Positions 38,472-50,529 of a DNA stretch of 64,000 nt are shown in pieces. Under the pieces are notes generated by a model. It was given only the letters and a program-made list of their open reading frames with translations. It was not told where the DNA came from and did not search any database. Origin of the DNA: Eledone cirrhosa (taxonomy: Eukaryota); assembly GCA_964016885.1 (NCBI GenBank), contig OZ024742.1, positions 41,912,001 through 41,976,000 of the forward strand, read 5' to 3'. The translations under genes and the position numbers were made by a program. Position 1 is the stretch's first letter. Each line of letters opens with the position of its first letter.

Positions 38472-40090
38472 GATTAGTACATAGATAACAATTTTCTACT
38501 AGTCTACTCTACAATATTTGCGTGCCATCTTTTTAGCCGCTTGGTCAGGAGTATGGAGACTGCGAGTTAAATGCTGAAGAAAAAAAAAAAAAAAAAAAAA
38601 CGAACTTCATAAACAAGACTAGACAGAGCAAATTTTCCATTTTTGCTTAGTCAGCATAAATTTTCTTTTTCTTTTTTTTTTTTAAACTTAGTTATTTTTT
38701 ATTACAGCACAGGATAACGTTATTTACAAATTGTCCTTCTAGTAATCAACATTAAAATTTTACTCTTTAAATACAAAATTATTGGAAATAAAATTATTTG
38801 AAGAAAATGGAAATACTAAAACCTTAATTTGAAACCTTAAGCTGTTTGCCCCTCAATTTAACTAATATCCAAAGCCCAAAGTATCAGCTTTATTCTGAGC
38901 CCTCAGTCTAACTAATAAACTTCATTAGGATTTTTCTTAACCAAAATTGGCAAGATACTGTTTTAAATTTTAGGGGCTTAGTAAAAGGTAAGAATAATCA
39001 CTGATATAAAGCTGACCCCCTCCATCCCTATTCCACATTCTCTGAAAGTTTTATGTCAGTTAATCTGCTAAATATTTTCTCTTTATATCTGTCTGTCTGT
39101 CTATCTATTTATCTATCTCCATTTTTGCCATTTTCTCTTAGAAAGGATTAGATATGTAACCAGAAATATTTTAGAAAAGAAGCAGGTTCACAATATGCAA
39201 TTTATACAACTACAAACTAACATCTATTTATAAATTTTTCTTGTTTTTTTTTTCTCTTTGCACATTTCCCATGGTATTTTAGCATGGTAAATCTGATATT
39301 ATAGATATTTGGCATGTCAACTTCTTTTGGGGAGAGGAGTTGTTGGTACATAAAAAAACATTATTGTATTTGTGAAACACACATTATATTATTAGATGAA
39401 ATATATAGGATGATAAAATATGTAGAAGTTGAGTTTAAAAATTTTATTTCAAGCGGTATCAACTAGGGAGTTTAAAATACTGTTGAAGTCTAACATTACA
39501 TTGATAAGGAAAATAGAAAACATTAAATATGATGGTAAGGTTAAAAGTTTAACATTTTCCTTATCAAATGAAATAAATGTTTGTTATAGTTTTGGAACCA
39601 ATTTCTTTAAGGATTCTAATACTAGGATGAAGTTTTAATTATGCATTCAAATCCCAATTTTACCGGGATCGACTTTGCCTTTAATCCCTCTGGGCTCGAT
39701 AAAATAAAATACCAGTTAAATACTGGGGTAGATCTAATCAACAGTATTCTTTCCCAACTTTTCAGGCCTTGTGCTGGTGTTAGAAATCAATTATACATTT
39801 TCTTTATGTATTTTCATCAAACATTTTATTAATTTACACATGTAATAATGTTTAGTATGAATTGTTAGAGCAAACAGATTTTAAGAAATGTTCTTTGTGT
39901 ATAATGGTAAACTATTTAATTTGATTAGTCATGTCTATATTTCTGCAATGATAAAAGGCAAGGGAAGTAATGTGCCTTGCCTAGGAGTACAGCGGAATGC
40001 CTTAGATGAGTTTGAATTCCTTACATAATCAGTTAGATATTATTATTCTTATGGATTTAAAATATCAATATGAAAAATACCAATTAATTC

Positions 40091-40136
<46 letters not shown>

Positions 40137-40449
40137 CACATACTTCAAAGATTGTCTTCTTTAGTGATCTTCCAGTTTGTAACTCTTCTATATTTACCTT
40201 CTTGTATTGAGATCAACTATAGCTCAATGGTTTAGGGAATCAGATCTTGATAGACATAGAATATAGATAGATATATAAGGAAACTTATGACAAAAATAAA
40301 TTCCAGCATCACCATGGATTGAAAGCAACTGTAACTAAATGGTACTGTTATGTTAGATATACTCTGAATCACCACATAACTAGCTGAAACTTAAAGAAGT
40401 CATAAAATACATTCCCTAGGTAATTAATATAGATGTTTTATAATAAGAT

Positions 40450-40632
40450 AGGGTGGTGGATTGGCAGGATTGGTAGGGCATCAGATAAAATGCCATTGCA
40501 GTATTTGTTCTGGTTCTTTACATTCTGAGTTCAAATTATCACTAAAGCCAAATTTGGCTTTCATCCTGCTAGGGTTGATAAAATAAAGTACCAGTCAAGG
40601 TTGCTGGCCTTGTGCCTAAATTAGAAATCGAT
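40450..40632 (+). mobile_element. Family A SINE
   Basis: Head GGTGGTGGATTGGCAGGATTGG plus core. Confidence 0.8.
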
Positions 40633-42089
40633 ATTATATAATAATAATTTTAAAAATCTGAGCTACAGTAAGTTAAACTAACAGTTTATTTCTGATCCTA
40701 GAATGGAATATAGACCCTCTCAATGGTTAATCTAGATATTTATCTCCTAATCTACCTTTGTAACAAATCATCTCCAATCGATCCTTTAAGACCATCATAG
40801 GGATACTTCCTTGATAATGGGTTTTTAAACCTGAAAATATTTAGGATTATTAAATTTGCTAAGGTAAGATTCTATTGTTATCTTGGCACCTTTAATTTTC
40901 TAATGTATTGTATGGTTTTCAAAATTATCTAAATTTATATTTCCTATTCAACAATGCTTCAAGCAAACTACAACACTCTGTTATCAAATGTTAGATTTAA
41001 TTCCAAAATAAAATTAGTTAAAAATCTCAATTATTTCAATACTTCTCGTGGAACACTAAAAATTTAGCAGGATTGAAGTTTACTTGGTTATGTTTCTCTT
41101 TTTTTCACACCAATAACTGCCTTCAAAATACTCCTATTTCTTCTCTTCCCAAATCTTGGTTTATTATTTGAATAATAATTGACTACAACTGATTATTATA
41201 TTCTCTAATTGTATTTAAATTATTCTAATTGCCAATTAATTAGAATCAATTCAATTTTCAAAAAGAATATTTAGAAAGAATTTTAAACCTCGGTTCAAAC
41301 TAAATGCTAAGGAAATCTTTCAGATTATATTACAAACTAAAATCTACTATGTGTGTTAATATTACAATACCTTGCCATATATATATATATATATATATAT
41401 CAATCAATTAATGTTTTATTGCCGTGCTATAATATCACTATCTGTTACTAGTGACCTGCATGTTCACTGGTAACACATGCACATTCTATTTTAGCCTTAT
41501 GGAAAACCTACAAGCAATTCATTAGATTTATTACTCAAATCATTACATCAGTGTCCTTTTACAGTTGTGATATTTTACCTTAGTAGCTGGTCACTTATAG
41601 ACCAACTATTTTTTATTTTTTTTTATTTTTTAAATGAAAATTCTCAGGACTCATTTGAAATTTCACAGGTGCAGGAAAGGGACCGTGATTAAGTTGATGT
41701 TAGTCAAAGGTAACTATCAGCTAGTTCCTAAATCATCCCCAAATAACTTAATCACTATATCCTGTTTTGTAAGAGAGAATTCAACACCACTGGCCAAATT
41801 GGCTGTTCCACTTCTTATTTGTATTCTGTGATCACTTTTTTGGGGAAGAGCAATATAAAAAGTGTCAGTTTGGAAAATAATATATTTTCTAAACAAGCTA
41901 ATGTAATAATAACTTGGTTTTAGTGCAGAAGGAATATTTTATGAGTTTATACAAGCTTAAACAATTAAGAAATTAAAACAAAATCATATCATATATAAAA
42001 TTTTAATAATAACAGTATTGTTATTATTGGGTAGAAACTTTACCAGAGGGTTCAAAGCTTGATGCTACAGGGTTCACATGCAGATCTGA

Positions 42090-42682
42090 TATATAACGTT
42101 TATAAAAAAGTACCAAAGAATCAATACATTTTAAAACTAACACATGTTTCAGCCACTAGAATTTCGTCCCAAGGTTGCATAGTTACATAATAAGAAATTT
42201 TAATATTCAAAAAATTTTTTTTTTTAATTTACTTATGATTTTATACTGAGACCATTGGGAATGGGTTCGAAATTGGCATCATCAGTTTATTTTCACATAT
42301 TAACTCACTCGTCGAGGTTAACTTTGCCTTTTATCCTTACGGGGTCGATAAAATAAAGTACCAGTAATGTACTGGGTAATTGCTGGCCTTGTGCCAAAAG
42401 TAGAAACAATTATTAACTCACATAAATATCAATTACAAAAATGGCAACATCAACAATTATAGACAGTAAGAATTTCAAATAGGATGCAAATCACCGGAAG
42501 TCCTCGGTTAATAAAAGTATACCTCACTGGGAGAACTATGTTTCCATAGAAGTCTTTTTATTAAAAGTGAGACAATATCATCAATAGTCAATTGTAGTTG
42601 ATTTGTGGTGGCTAGTAGCTGAAACATGTGTTAGATTAAAAACGTATTGATTCTTTGGTGCTTTTTATAAACATTATATATA
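42090..42682. mobile_element. Element with ~70 bp inverted arms containing a nested family A SINE fragment (42308-42412)
   Basis: 42090-42159 is the reverse complement of 42612-42682. Confidence 0.7.
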
Positions 42683-44364
42683 TATATGGCATTTTACAAG
42701 AAACAGTGATGCAGTGAAATCTAGTTAAGATCTTTTCTTTTATAATGCTATTCATTGACCCAGATTTCTGTTTTTAAAAGTTTTGAATATTGATTACAAT
42801 GTTTTTAGTCAGATGAATCTATTATCTAAAATTTGAAAAAAAATTATTTCGTTTATAAACTTGTTAAAAGGGTGCAGGTACAATAATAGGATGGTATTAC
42901 CTAATACTAGTTACTTTTTGAGAGCATTTTATCTGATTGGCAGTGTTTTATTATATCATTATGATTAATTTTTAATTGAACTTTCTGGAAAGAAAAGCAA
43001 AATGAACAAAAAAATGCCTCATTATATTAAATGTTATTATCGCTTGCTTTTGGTGTTATACTTGTCTTTGCAGAGCAATGTATGTATGTGTGCGTGCATG
43101 GTGCATTTTAAAATATTTTCTTCATAGATAATATAAGAAATGCATGCTTGATTTGTAAAGCGGAATTTTATACTAACTTCTTTCATGGACATGTGTATAT
43201 GAGTTGTAAGTTATTGTTTGGTGAAGTAATAACGAAAGCAGAAAGCTTAATCTAGAAGTTAGTTTGATCACAGAAATCTCTCTTATAAATAAGTGCATCA
43301 CCTGATGAAGTTTCTAATGCACCACGTTGGACAACACTTTTCTCTACTCACCTCGCTCAAGACTTTGACATATTGACTTTATAGTCTCTGGCTTGACTTT
43401 CACACACTGCCATTTGTATGAACCACTGACTCAACTAACTGAGTCGTCCATAACATCTGCTTTGGTAACAGCAATGATATGTTGGATATTTATACATATC
43501 TGACTTTGCTCACTCACAACTAATGTTTGTTTGAATAGCTTTAAAAACCTTTTCAATAGAAAAATCTAATGTGCCACATGAGAAAATAAGAAATCCGATA
43601 TATTTCAAATATTCTAGAGTTGTACTTGTTTGGTAAGGTTTTTGAACAAAGACCATTTTGTTGAAACTAAAGCAAATACATCATAAAAGTGTCCTTTTAG
43701 TCATTAAAAGATGAAAACTGTTAAATTCACTATGAAATATATTTTGTGATGTCATAATTTTCAGTGATACTTTGTCAGTGACCACATTACAAAGAATACC
43801 ACATAAATTTTGACACTGCAAAATAAATGTAAAGTGAATTTAACAGTATTCATATTTTTTTTTTCTTTTAAAAGGCTAAAATAACTCTTCCACTAGGTAA
43901 TTAATTGCAGATTTCAAATATTTTCTTCTATTTTCATCTCTTTCTCTCTCTCTCCTATTTTATTTCTGTCGGCCATCTTTATATAGACTGTGTTTTTGCA
44001 GCTACTATTAGAAAATATGAATGTATGAATCTAAACAAGGGATATGAGTTGAATTGATCTCATGGAAAATTCTCTATTTGTGGCACATTAAATTAGCAAA
44101 CCGTCCTAATACATACCTTTTTTTTTTCTTTTTTTTTTTTTCATAATTGTTGGTCTAAGAAAACAATTTTGGTAGTTCCAGTACAAATGGTGAGCATTCT
44201 ACATATGTGCTTAGAATGAATTGTATATTATGTTTGTTCACACGGTAATTAATATCTTTAACAGCAAACAGATCGAGAATGACAGCTAAACCAACATTGT
44301 TTAAGCTCAATCATCTGTCCTTAACTTTTACCATCTACTTGCATTATTTTGAAATGATGTTTAG

Positions 44365-44580
44365 GGCAGTGAATTGGCAGAATCGGTAGATCATTGGACA
44401 AATGCTTTGTGATATTTAGTTACTAGCTCTTTACGTTCTGCTGTTCAAATTCCACCAAGGTCAACTTTATTTTTCAACCTTCCAGGGTCGAAAAAATAAA
44501 GTATCAATCAATTACTGGGGTCAGTTTATTTGACTTTCTTCTCCCTTCGAATTGTTGACCTTGAGCCCAAATTTAGAGTG
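44365..44580 (+). mobile_element. Family A SINE
   Basis: Head GGCAGTGAATTGGCAGAATCGG plus core. Confidence 0.8.
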
Positions 44581-44937
44581 CATTATTTTGAAATAATGTC
44601 TCAATCATGATACCAGATATCAATGCCACTTCATATATACAAGGACTCATGGTTGCTTACTGCCAGGTTGTATGAGGCTTAGTTTTCCTCAAAAACTAAA
44701 GGTTGTGCAATATAGCTGCACTTGCTAAATATTTTAACAACGACAAACATAAATACTGCTGTAAGCATTTAATTACTGTTTCACCAAAAGAGGATATGTA
44801 TGCACTTTTAAAGAATAAATAATAATATTGTTAGTGTTCGAATGGCTAACAGAAAATCAAATATGATTAGAACTTAGAAACTGAAGAAGTTAACCTCTGT
44901 TTTTTTTAATTGTTAGTTTTTGTTCTGTTGTCTACAG

Positions 44938-44974
44938 AAATACATGATTATAAATTAGAATATCAGAAATGAAA
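44938..44974 (+). CDS. Candidate short exon, possible alternative C-terminus (E)IHDYKLEYQK*
   Basis: Strong pyrimidine tract plus CTACAG acceptor and GTAAGT donor; the longest open frame is phase 1, compatible with exon 34847-34983. Confidence 0.3.
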
Positions 44975-45638
44975 GTAAGTTTGTTATGGCATTTGTTTCT
45001 TTCCTTCTCTTGTATCACTCACATTGTTTTATTTGCCATGGAAATAAATGTATGAAAGAAAACAACAACAAAGATAGCTGTTGAATATGCAATAGTTGAG
45101 AGTATCAGTAAGTTGTCTATGTCCATACCAGTGATTGTTAAGTCAATAATACAATACCAGTCAATAGGAAATGTTAACAATTTGCTCTTTTGGAAGCACT
45201 TTATATACAAAGTACTTTTTTTCCCTCCCTATTTTTCTTTTATCATAATATTCTTTCACTTGTGTTTATGGTGAAATAATAACAATCAATCAATAATACT
45301 AGTTTTTTTTTTGTTTTTGTTTTTTTTTTAATTAAATATTTTCTCATGTACTTTCACAGTTTTATTTACAAATAAATTTTGAAAATTAATTCCCCCTTTG
45401 TTATTTCTATATTTTTGTCTAATTTCTGTGCATGTGAGAAGCTGCTTTTTTGCACAAAACTGTTAAGCAGTTAGGTTATTAGCTAAATGTCAAATATTTT
45501 GAAGTAAATTATTTTATATTCATGCCTGAATTAATCAAGTGTCAAGCAATATACATTTAATGACTTTCATATTCTTTTACTGGTTTTAGTCATTTATTTA
45601 ATGGTGTAAAGTGCCAGTGCAGTTTTGACAGAAGCTGT

Positions 45639-45838
45639 TTAACTCTTTAGCATTTAAACTGGCTGTATCCGGCCAGAATTCTCTCACCTCTTTCAATTCA
45701 AACCGACCCTCACACTGATGTTAAGGTATTGTTCTCAAAATAAATATCAAAATCTCAGATTTAATATTATGTGAGGTAAAGTCTTTACCATGAAAATACA
45801 ATAGTAAATATAGAGCAATGTAAATGCTAAAGGGTTAA
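45639..45838. mobile_element. Family 2 TTAA MITE
   Basis: TTAACTCTTTAGCATTTA...TAAATGCTAAAGGGTTAA. Confidence 0.85.
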
Positions 45839-45839
45839 A

Positions 45840-46215
45840 TTCCATGTTAATGGTGCTTGGGTTAAAGCAATATCATCTGCCAAGCAGTGAACCTTGTTGA
45901 AGTTAATGGTAAGTAGGTTGTTGATGTAGAGGAGGAAGATGGTAATGGACAGAACTAAACTTTTGAAATATACTGGAGTTAATAACGTGGTTGAAAGTGA
46001 TCTCCATAAGTGCACACTGCCATAGAACAGTCTGAAAAGAAGCTACTAATTCAAGAGAGATGGGGGTTCATAAGCAGGCAGCTTTCACAGGAAATTTTTG
46101 TCAAACATGGTCAAAAGATTTACTGATGTTGAGAACAACACTGGTTTCACTAAATTTCTTGAGTGACATAGAAGAGTGGTTCTCTCTTAGATCCTCTATG
46201 AAAGCCATATATTAT
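45840..46215 (-). mobile_element. Degraded LINE reverse transcriptase remnant
   Basis: VLSITIFLLYINNLL...VHCLADD, corresponding to RT motifs 4-5. Confidence 0.65.
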
Positions 46216-46222
46216 ATATATA

Positions 46223-46756
46223 CTAGCTGACGTATCCAGCTTCGCCCAGGTAAACAGATAAGAGAAGGTAAAAAAGAAAACGACTATTGGGTGCATTGTC
46301 TGGTTTACAGTATGAGGTGAGACCGTGTTGTGTGTGTGTGTAACAAAAAAAAAAAAAAAAAAAAAAAAACAGTAAAAAATCTTCCAGATACACCAGATTC
46401 TTTATTTTACTGTTCATGCATAGTATATGAAGATTTCTAGGTGTTTCCACTCGTGAACAACCTACATATAACTGTCCTTGGGTAAAAAGCGATTCTTTTG
46501 TATTCAATTCTACATCTTTGAAACTCTGATCCTGTTTGGTCATACCAAAACTGGCTCTAACAGGGAACTGAAGTCTTGCGAATTTGAAAGGCAGCTCAGT
46601 AGAAGAAGGGATAAGAGGAATCTTAGGAATAAATGTATTTCCTCCTTGATGATTGCCTCCAAGAGTAGTGACCTCTAGAGGATGGTTCATCTGCGTGGTT
46701 GGGCCACGTTTCTGAAAAGGATGATGGAAATTCCAATCTTTTATATTATATATAGA
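46223..46756 (-). mobile_element. Internally deleted Helitron carrying the PIF1-like helicase C-terminus
   Basis: IPKIPLIPSSTELPFKFARLQFPVRASFGMT...TQGQLYVGCSRV...KNLVY; minus-strand 5' TCTATATATAAT and 3' hairpin CTGGGCGAAGCTGG...CTAG, inserted between A and T. Confidence 0.9.
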
Positions 46757-47014
46757 TATAGATATAGATAATTACATATAAATGAGTGTATGTAAACCAA
46801 TGTTCAAATTGGAGACGCTGGCCGTGAAACATGATCACTGACAATGAAACTGCAGAGAGAATCCCTTATGGTTGATTCCCAACCTGCTAGAAATAGCAGT
46901 CAGGTTGGTGCAGGAATGGAGTAAAGTATTTTTTAAACAACATATATATCAATATATATGTATCATATACATATATCTATAATATATATATCATTATCAT
47001 CATCATCAACGTTT

Positions 47015-49535
47015 ATATATTTCTGAAAGCAAACCTGCTGATGGCGACAGACGAAGTCTGTGGCTGGAGCAGGCCTGTAGGCAGGAGGAGAGTAACATGG
47101 TGGTGGAACAGTAGGGTGGAGGGGGTCAATTAAGGCCAAAAAGCAGGCTTGGAAAGTATGGCGGGATGGGGGAAGTAGAGAAGACTATCAAGTGGCTAGG
47201 AGACAAGTGTACTTCGCAAGAAGGGAAGCAGAGGAAAGAAAGTTCAAGCATGTTCTACAACGCGAGGACCAAAAATGTGAGGTGTTCAGGATTGCTAGGC
47301 AATGTGTCAAGGAAAACCGTGATATTGTCGGGGAGAAGTGTGTACTTAATGATGACGGCGTACTTGCCATCACCGACGCTGATAAGAAGGTAGCTTGGAA
47401 GTGCCACTATGAAAGGCTACTAAATGAGGAGAATAAATGGGAGAAAGACAGTCTCCCCCACATCGACCCAATAGAGGGACCAGCAGTGTTAGTCGAGGGT
47501 AGTATAATAAGTAAGGCAATCAAGGATATGAAGACGGGTAAGGCGGCTGGGCCTTCGGAAATAGTTGCTGAGATGCTGAAGGCATCTGGCTCGTTGGGAC
47601 ACACCTTGGTCACACGGATAGTTAACCAAGTCGTACAGAATGGGGTTGTTCCGAAGGACTGGCATAGCAGCATCATTGTTAACTGTTATAAGGGTAAAGG
47701 AGATGCCCTAGATAGGAGTAACTATAGAGGCATTAAACTAATCGACCAGGTCATGAAGGTCACGGAAAAAGTAATAGCGCAACTAATCAGAGAGAGAATT
47801 GATCTAGATGAAATGCAGTTCGGGTTTGTGTCAGGCAAAAGTACCACAGACGCTCTATTCATTGTACGTCAACTACAGGAGAAGTACCTAGCTAAAGGTA
47901 AACCCCTATACTTAGCTTTTGTCGACTTGGAGAAAGCCTTCGACAGAGTCCCCCGTTCCATTATCTGGTGGGCCCTTAGAAAACTAGGTGTCGACGAATG
48001 TCTTGTGAGAGCTATACAAGCCATGTATAAAGAAACAGTCAGCAAGGTTAGAATTAACAACGAATATAGTGAAGAGTTTAGCGTAAAAGTTGGCGTCCAT
48101 CAGGGCTCTGTTCTCAGCCCCCTACTATTTATTATTGCCCTTCAGGCTATAACAGAGGAGTTCAAGACTGGCTGCCCATGGGAACTCCTATACGCAGACG
48201 ACCTGACACTCATAGCTGAATCAATGGCCGAGCTAGAGAAGAAATTCCAAACATGGAAGCACGGCCTAGAATCAAAAGGCCTTAAAATTAACCTGGCTAA
48301 GACTAAAGTTCTAGTTTGTAGGAAAGAAAATAAGGCGGCGGTCCCTTCCGGGAAATGGCCATGCTGTGTGTAGGAAAGGCGTAGGTAGAAACTCCATTTT
48401 ATGTCCCAAATGCAAAGTATGGGTGCATAAAAGATGTAGTGGGATCACAGGTAAGCTAACTAAGAACTTAGATTTTACATGTGGGCGGTGCTCTGGTGCA
48501 ATAAGTAGCAGCGAGTGCCCACAAAATACTAACTCTTTCAATTGCGCAGAGGGCTCTATAGAAATAGTGGACAGCTTCCGTTACCTGGGTGACAAAATCA
48601 GCAGTGGGGGAGGGTGCTCCGAAAGTACGGTAGCTAGAGTCAGAACTGGATGGAAAAAGTTCAGAGAGCTTATACCACTATTAGCCGCTAAAGGGTTCTC
48701 CCTAAAAATGAAAGGCAGGTTGTATGATGCCTGCATATGAACAGCAATGTTGCATGGCAGTGAGACCTGGGCATTGTGCGCAGAGGATATACGCAGACTA
48801 GAGAGGAACGAAGCTTGCATGCTCCGCTGGATGTGTAATAGTAATATACGTGAACGGCAAAGCATAAACGAACTAAGGAAAAAATTAGAAATAAGAGGGA
48901 TCAGATGTTGTTTACTCGAGAGAAGGCTACGTTGGTACAGACACGTGATGCGCATGAAAGTCGATAGCTGTATAACAAAGTGCAGGGCAATAAAGATAGA
49001 CGGTAGCCACGGAATAGGCAGACCTAGAAAATCCTGGGACGAGCTGATAAACTCCGACCTCACACACTTACACCTCTCCAAGACAATGTCACTGGACCGA
49101 GACCTTTGGCGGTACTCAGTAATAGAGAAGACCCGCCTTACCTAAATACATAGTAAAACCTACTACAGCCAGTAGGCATCTCTAACAAAATACACCCCCG
49201 TCCCCCCACCCACACCCCCATCCACACCACCCCCTCCTATGTAAAGTTATGTTGGTGCCACAACATCCAGGCCGAAACAAATGAGATCGTGTAGGTGTCA
49301 CGACAAAAAAACACACAGTCCACGCTGTAATGTGGCCGTGTAGGCAACACGGTAAAAACCTCCCAGTCTCACACTGTAAATGTGGTTGGTGTTAGGAAGG
49401 GCATCCAACTGTAGAAAACCCGCCAAACAGTCCTATGCGAGCAAGACAATCACTCTTGCCTCAAGTGGGAATACCCCCGTCCAAACCCATGCAAGCGTGG
49501 AACACGGACGTTAAACGTTGATGATGATGATGATA
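47015..49535 (+). mobile_element. 5'-truncated RTE-clade LINE (RT, PHD-like Zn finger, C-terminus, 3' UTR, (GAT)n tail)
   Basis: ORFs 47192..48373, 48366..48740 and 48747..49145 are one ORF broken by a frameshift near 48370 and a TGA at 48738-48740. Confidence 0.97.
47192..49145 (+). pseudogene. Disrupted RTE reverse transcriptase ORF
   Basis: NYRGIKL, QFGF, FVDLEKAFD, GVHQGSVLSPLLF, LYADD, FRYLG, GSETW, RLRWY.HV.RM. Confidence 0.95.
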
Positions 49536-49549
49536 TATATATATATAAT

Positions 49550-49580
<31 letters not shown>

Positions 49581-49589
49581 ACCTAAGTA

Positions 49590-49942
49590 ATACAGAAGAC
49601 CCAACCTCCCACGAGTACAAGCCGAAGCTGAAGCATATAGACAATATGCCCCCACACCCTCCCACTGCAAAGTGGTCGTGGAGGTGCCACGGTAAAAAAG
49701 CACCCAGCCCACACTGTAAAGTGGAGGTGTAGGCGCCATGGAAAAAAAGCACCCAGCACTCACTGTAAATGAGGTTGGTGTTAGGAAGGGCATCCAGCTG
49801 TAGAAATCAAGTCAGAATTAGTTCCCGTATGAGCAAGGCATGGTCAGCCGACCGGACACTGCCGACAACAGGACAACCCGTCTAACCCATGCTAGCGTGG
49901 AAGAACAGATGTAAAACAGTGATGAGAATGATGATGATGATA
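49590..49942 (+). mobile_element. Second RTE-related 3' tail element
   Basis: GGTGTTAGGAAGGGCATCCAGCTGTAGAAA...(GAT)n; homologous to the reverse complement of 11372-11640. Confidence 0.8.
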
Positions 49943-50529
49943 AATTATATTAATAGGTTGTAAGTTGGTATGGAAAAACCAACTATAAGTTATAATGATT
50001 AATCCATCCATGTGGCAAATAAGAACAGAGGAGAGAGTTATTGAGAGAGTTTAGATATGTAGAATGTGTACAATGACTTCAGGTCAATATAAAATCATTA
50101 TTTTCTCTTAATTCTTTGAAAGGGATAAGCGTTGAATTATTTTTATCAACTAATCCTACTAATATTTTATTAATCCAAATTAAATAAAAAGCAATGACCT
50201 CATCCACTAAAGACTTATACAGATAGCCTGTGTTGGTTCAGATTATATATAAAATACTGGGGCTACACAACATTAATTTACACACACATATATATACTTT
50301 TGCATTTGTTTTTTCATGCTGCTAAAGGTTGGAAAAAGAAATTTCAAACCAAGTGAGGACTTAATCCAGAGCTACTGTTCACCTGCACAGGTTGGGCGGC
50401 GTCACACAAAGCACATTATTTTTGGCATAGTTTACATGTATATATATATGTGTGTGTGTGTTTTTCATTTTTCATTATATATATACACAATATATATATA
50501 TCCTTTTTCCCATTCAAGTACACAAGAAC

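Noticed and set aside
38579-38600. Poly(A) tail of a processed retrocopy
   Set aside because: The gene retains introns and no AATAAA lies shortly upstream; this is a genomic A-run.
43073-43082. Possible microexon (TTTGCAG|AGCAAT|GTATGT)
   Set aside because: The donor is part of a GTAT/GT microsatellite and there is no other support.
43295-43325. CTGATGA as a hammerhead core
   Set aside because: No stem II followed by GAAA downstream.
47192-48373. Retron, group II intron or other bacterial RT system
   Set aside because: Motifs, C-terminus, 3' UTR and (GAT)n tail match eukaryotic RTE LINEs, and an APE domain of a related copy lies at 50530-51160.
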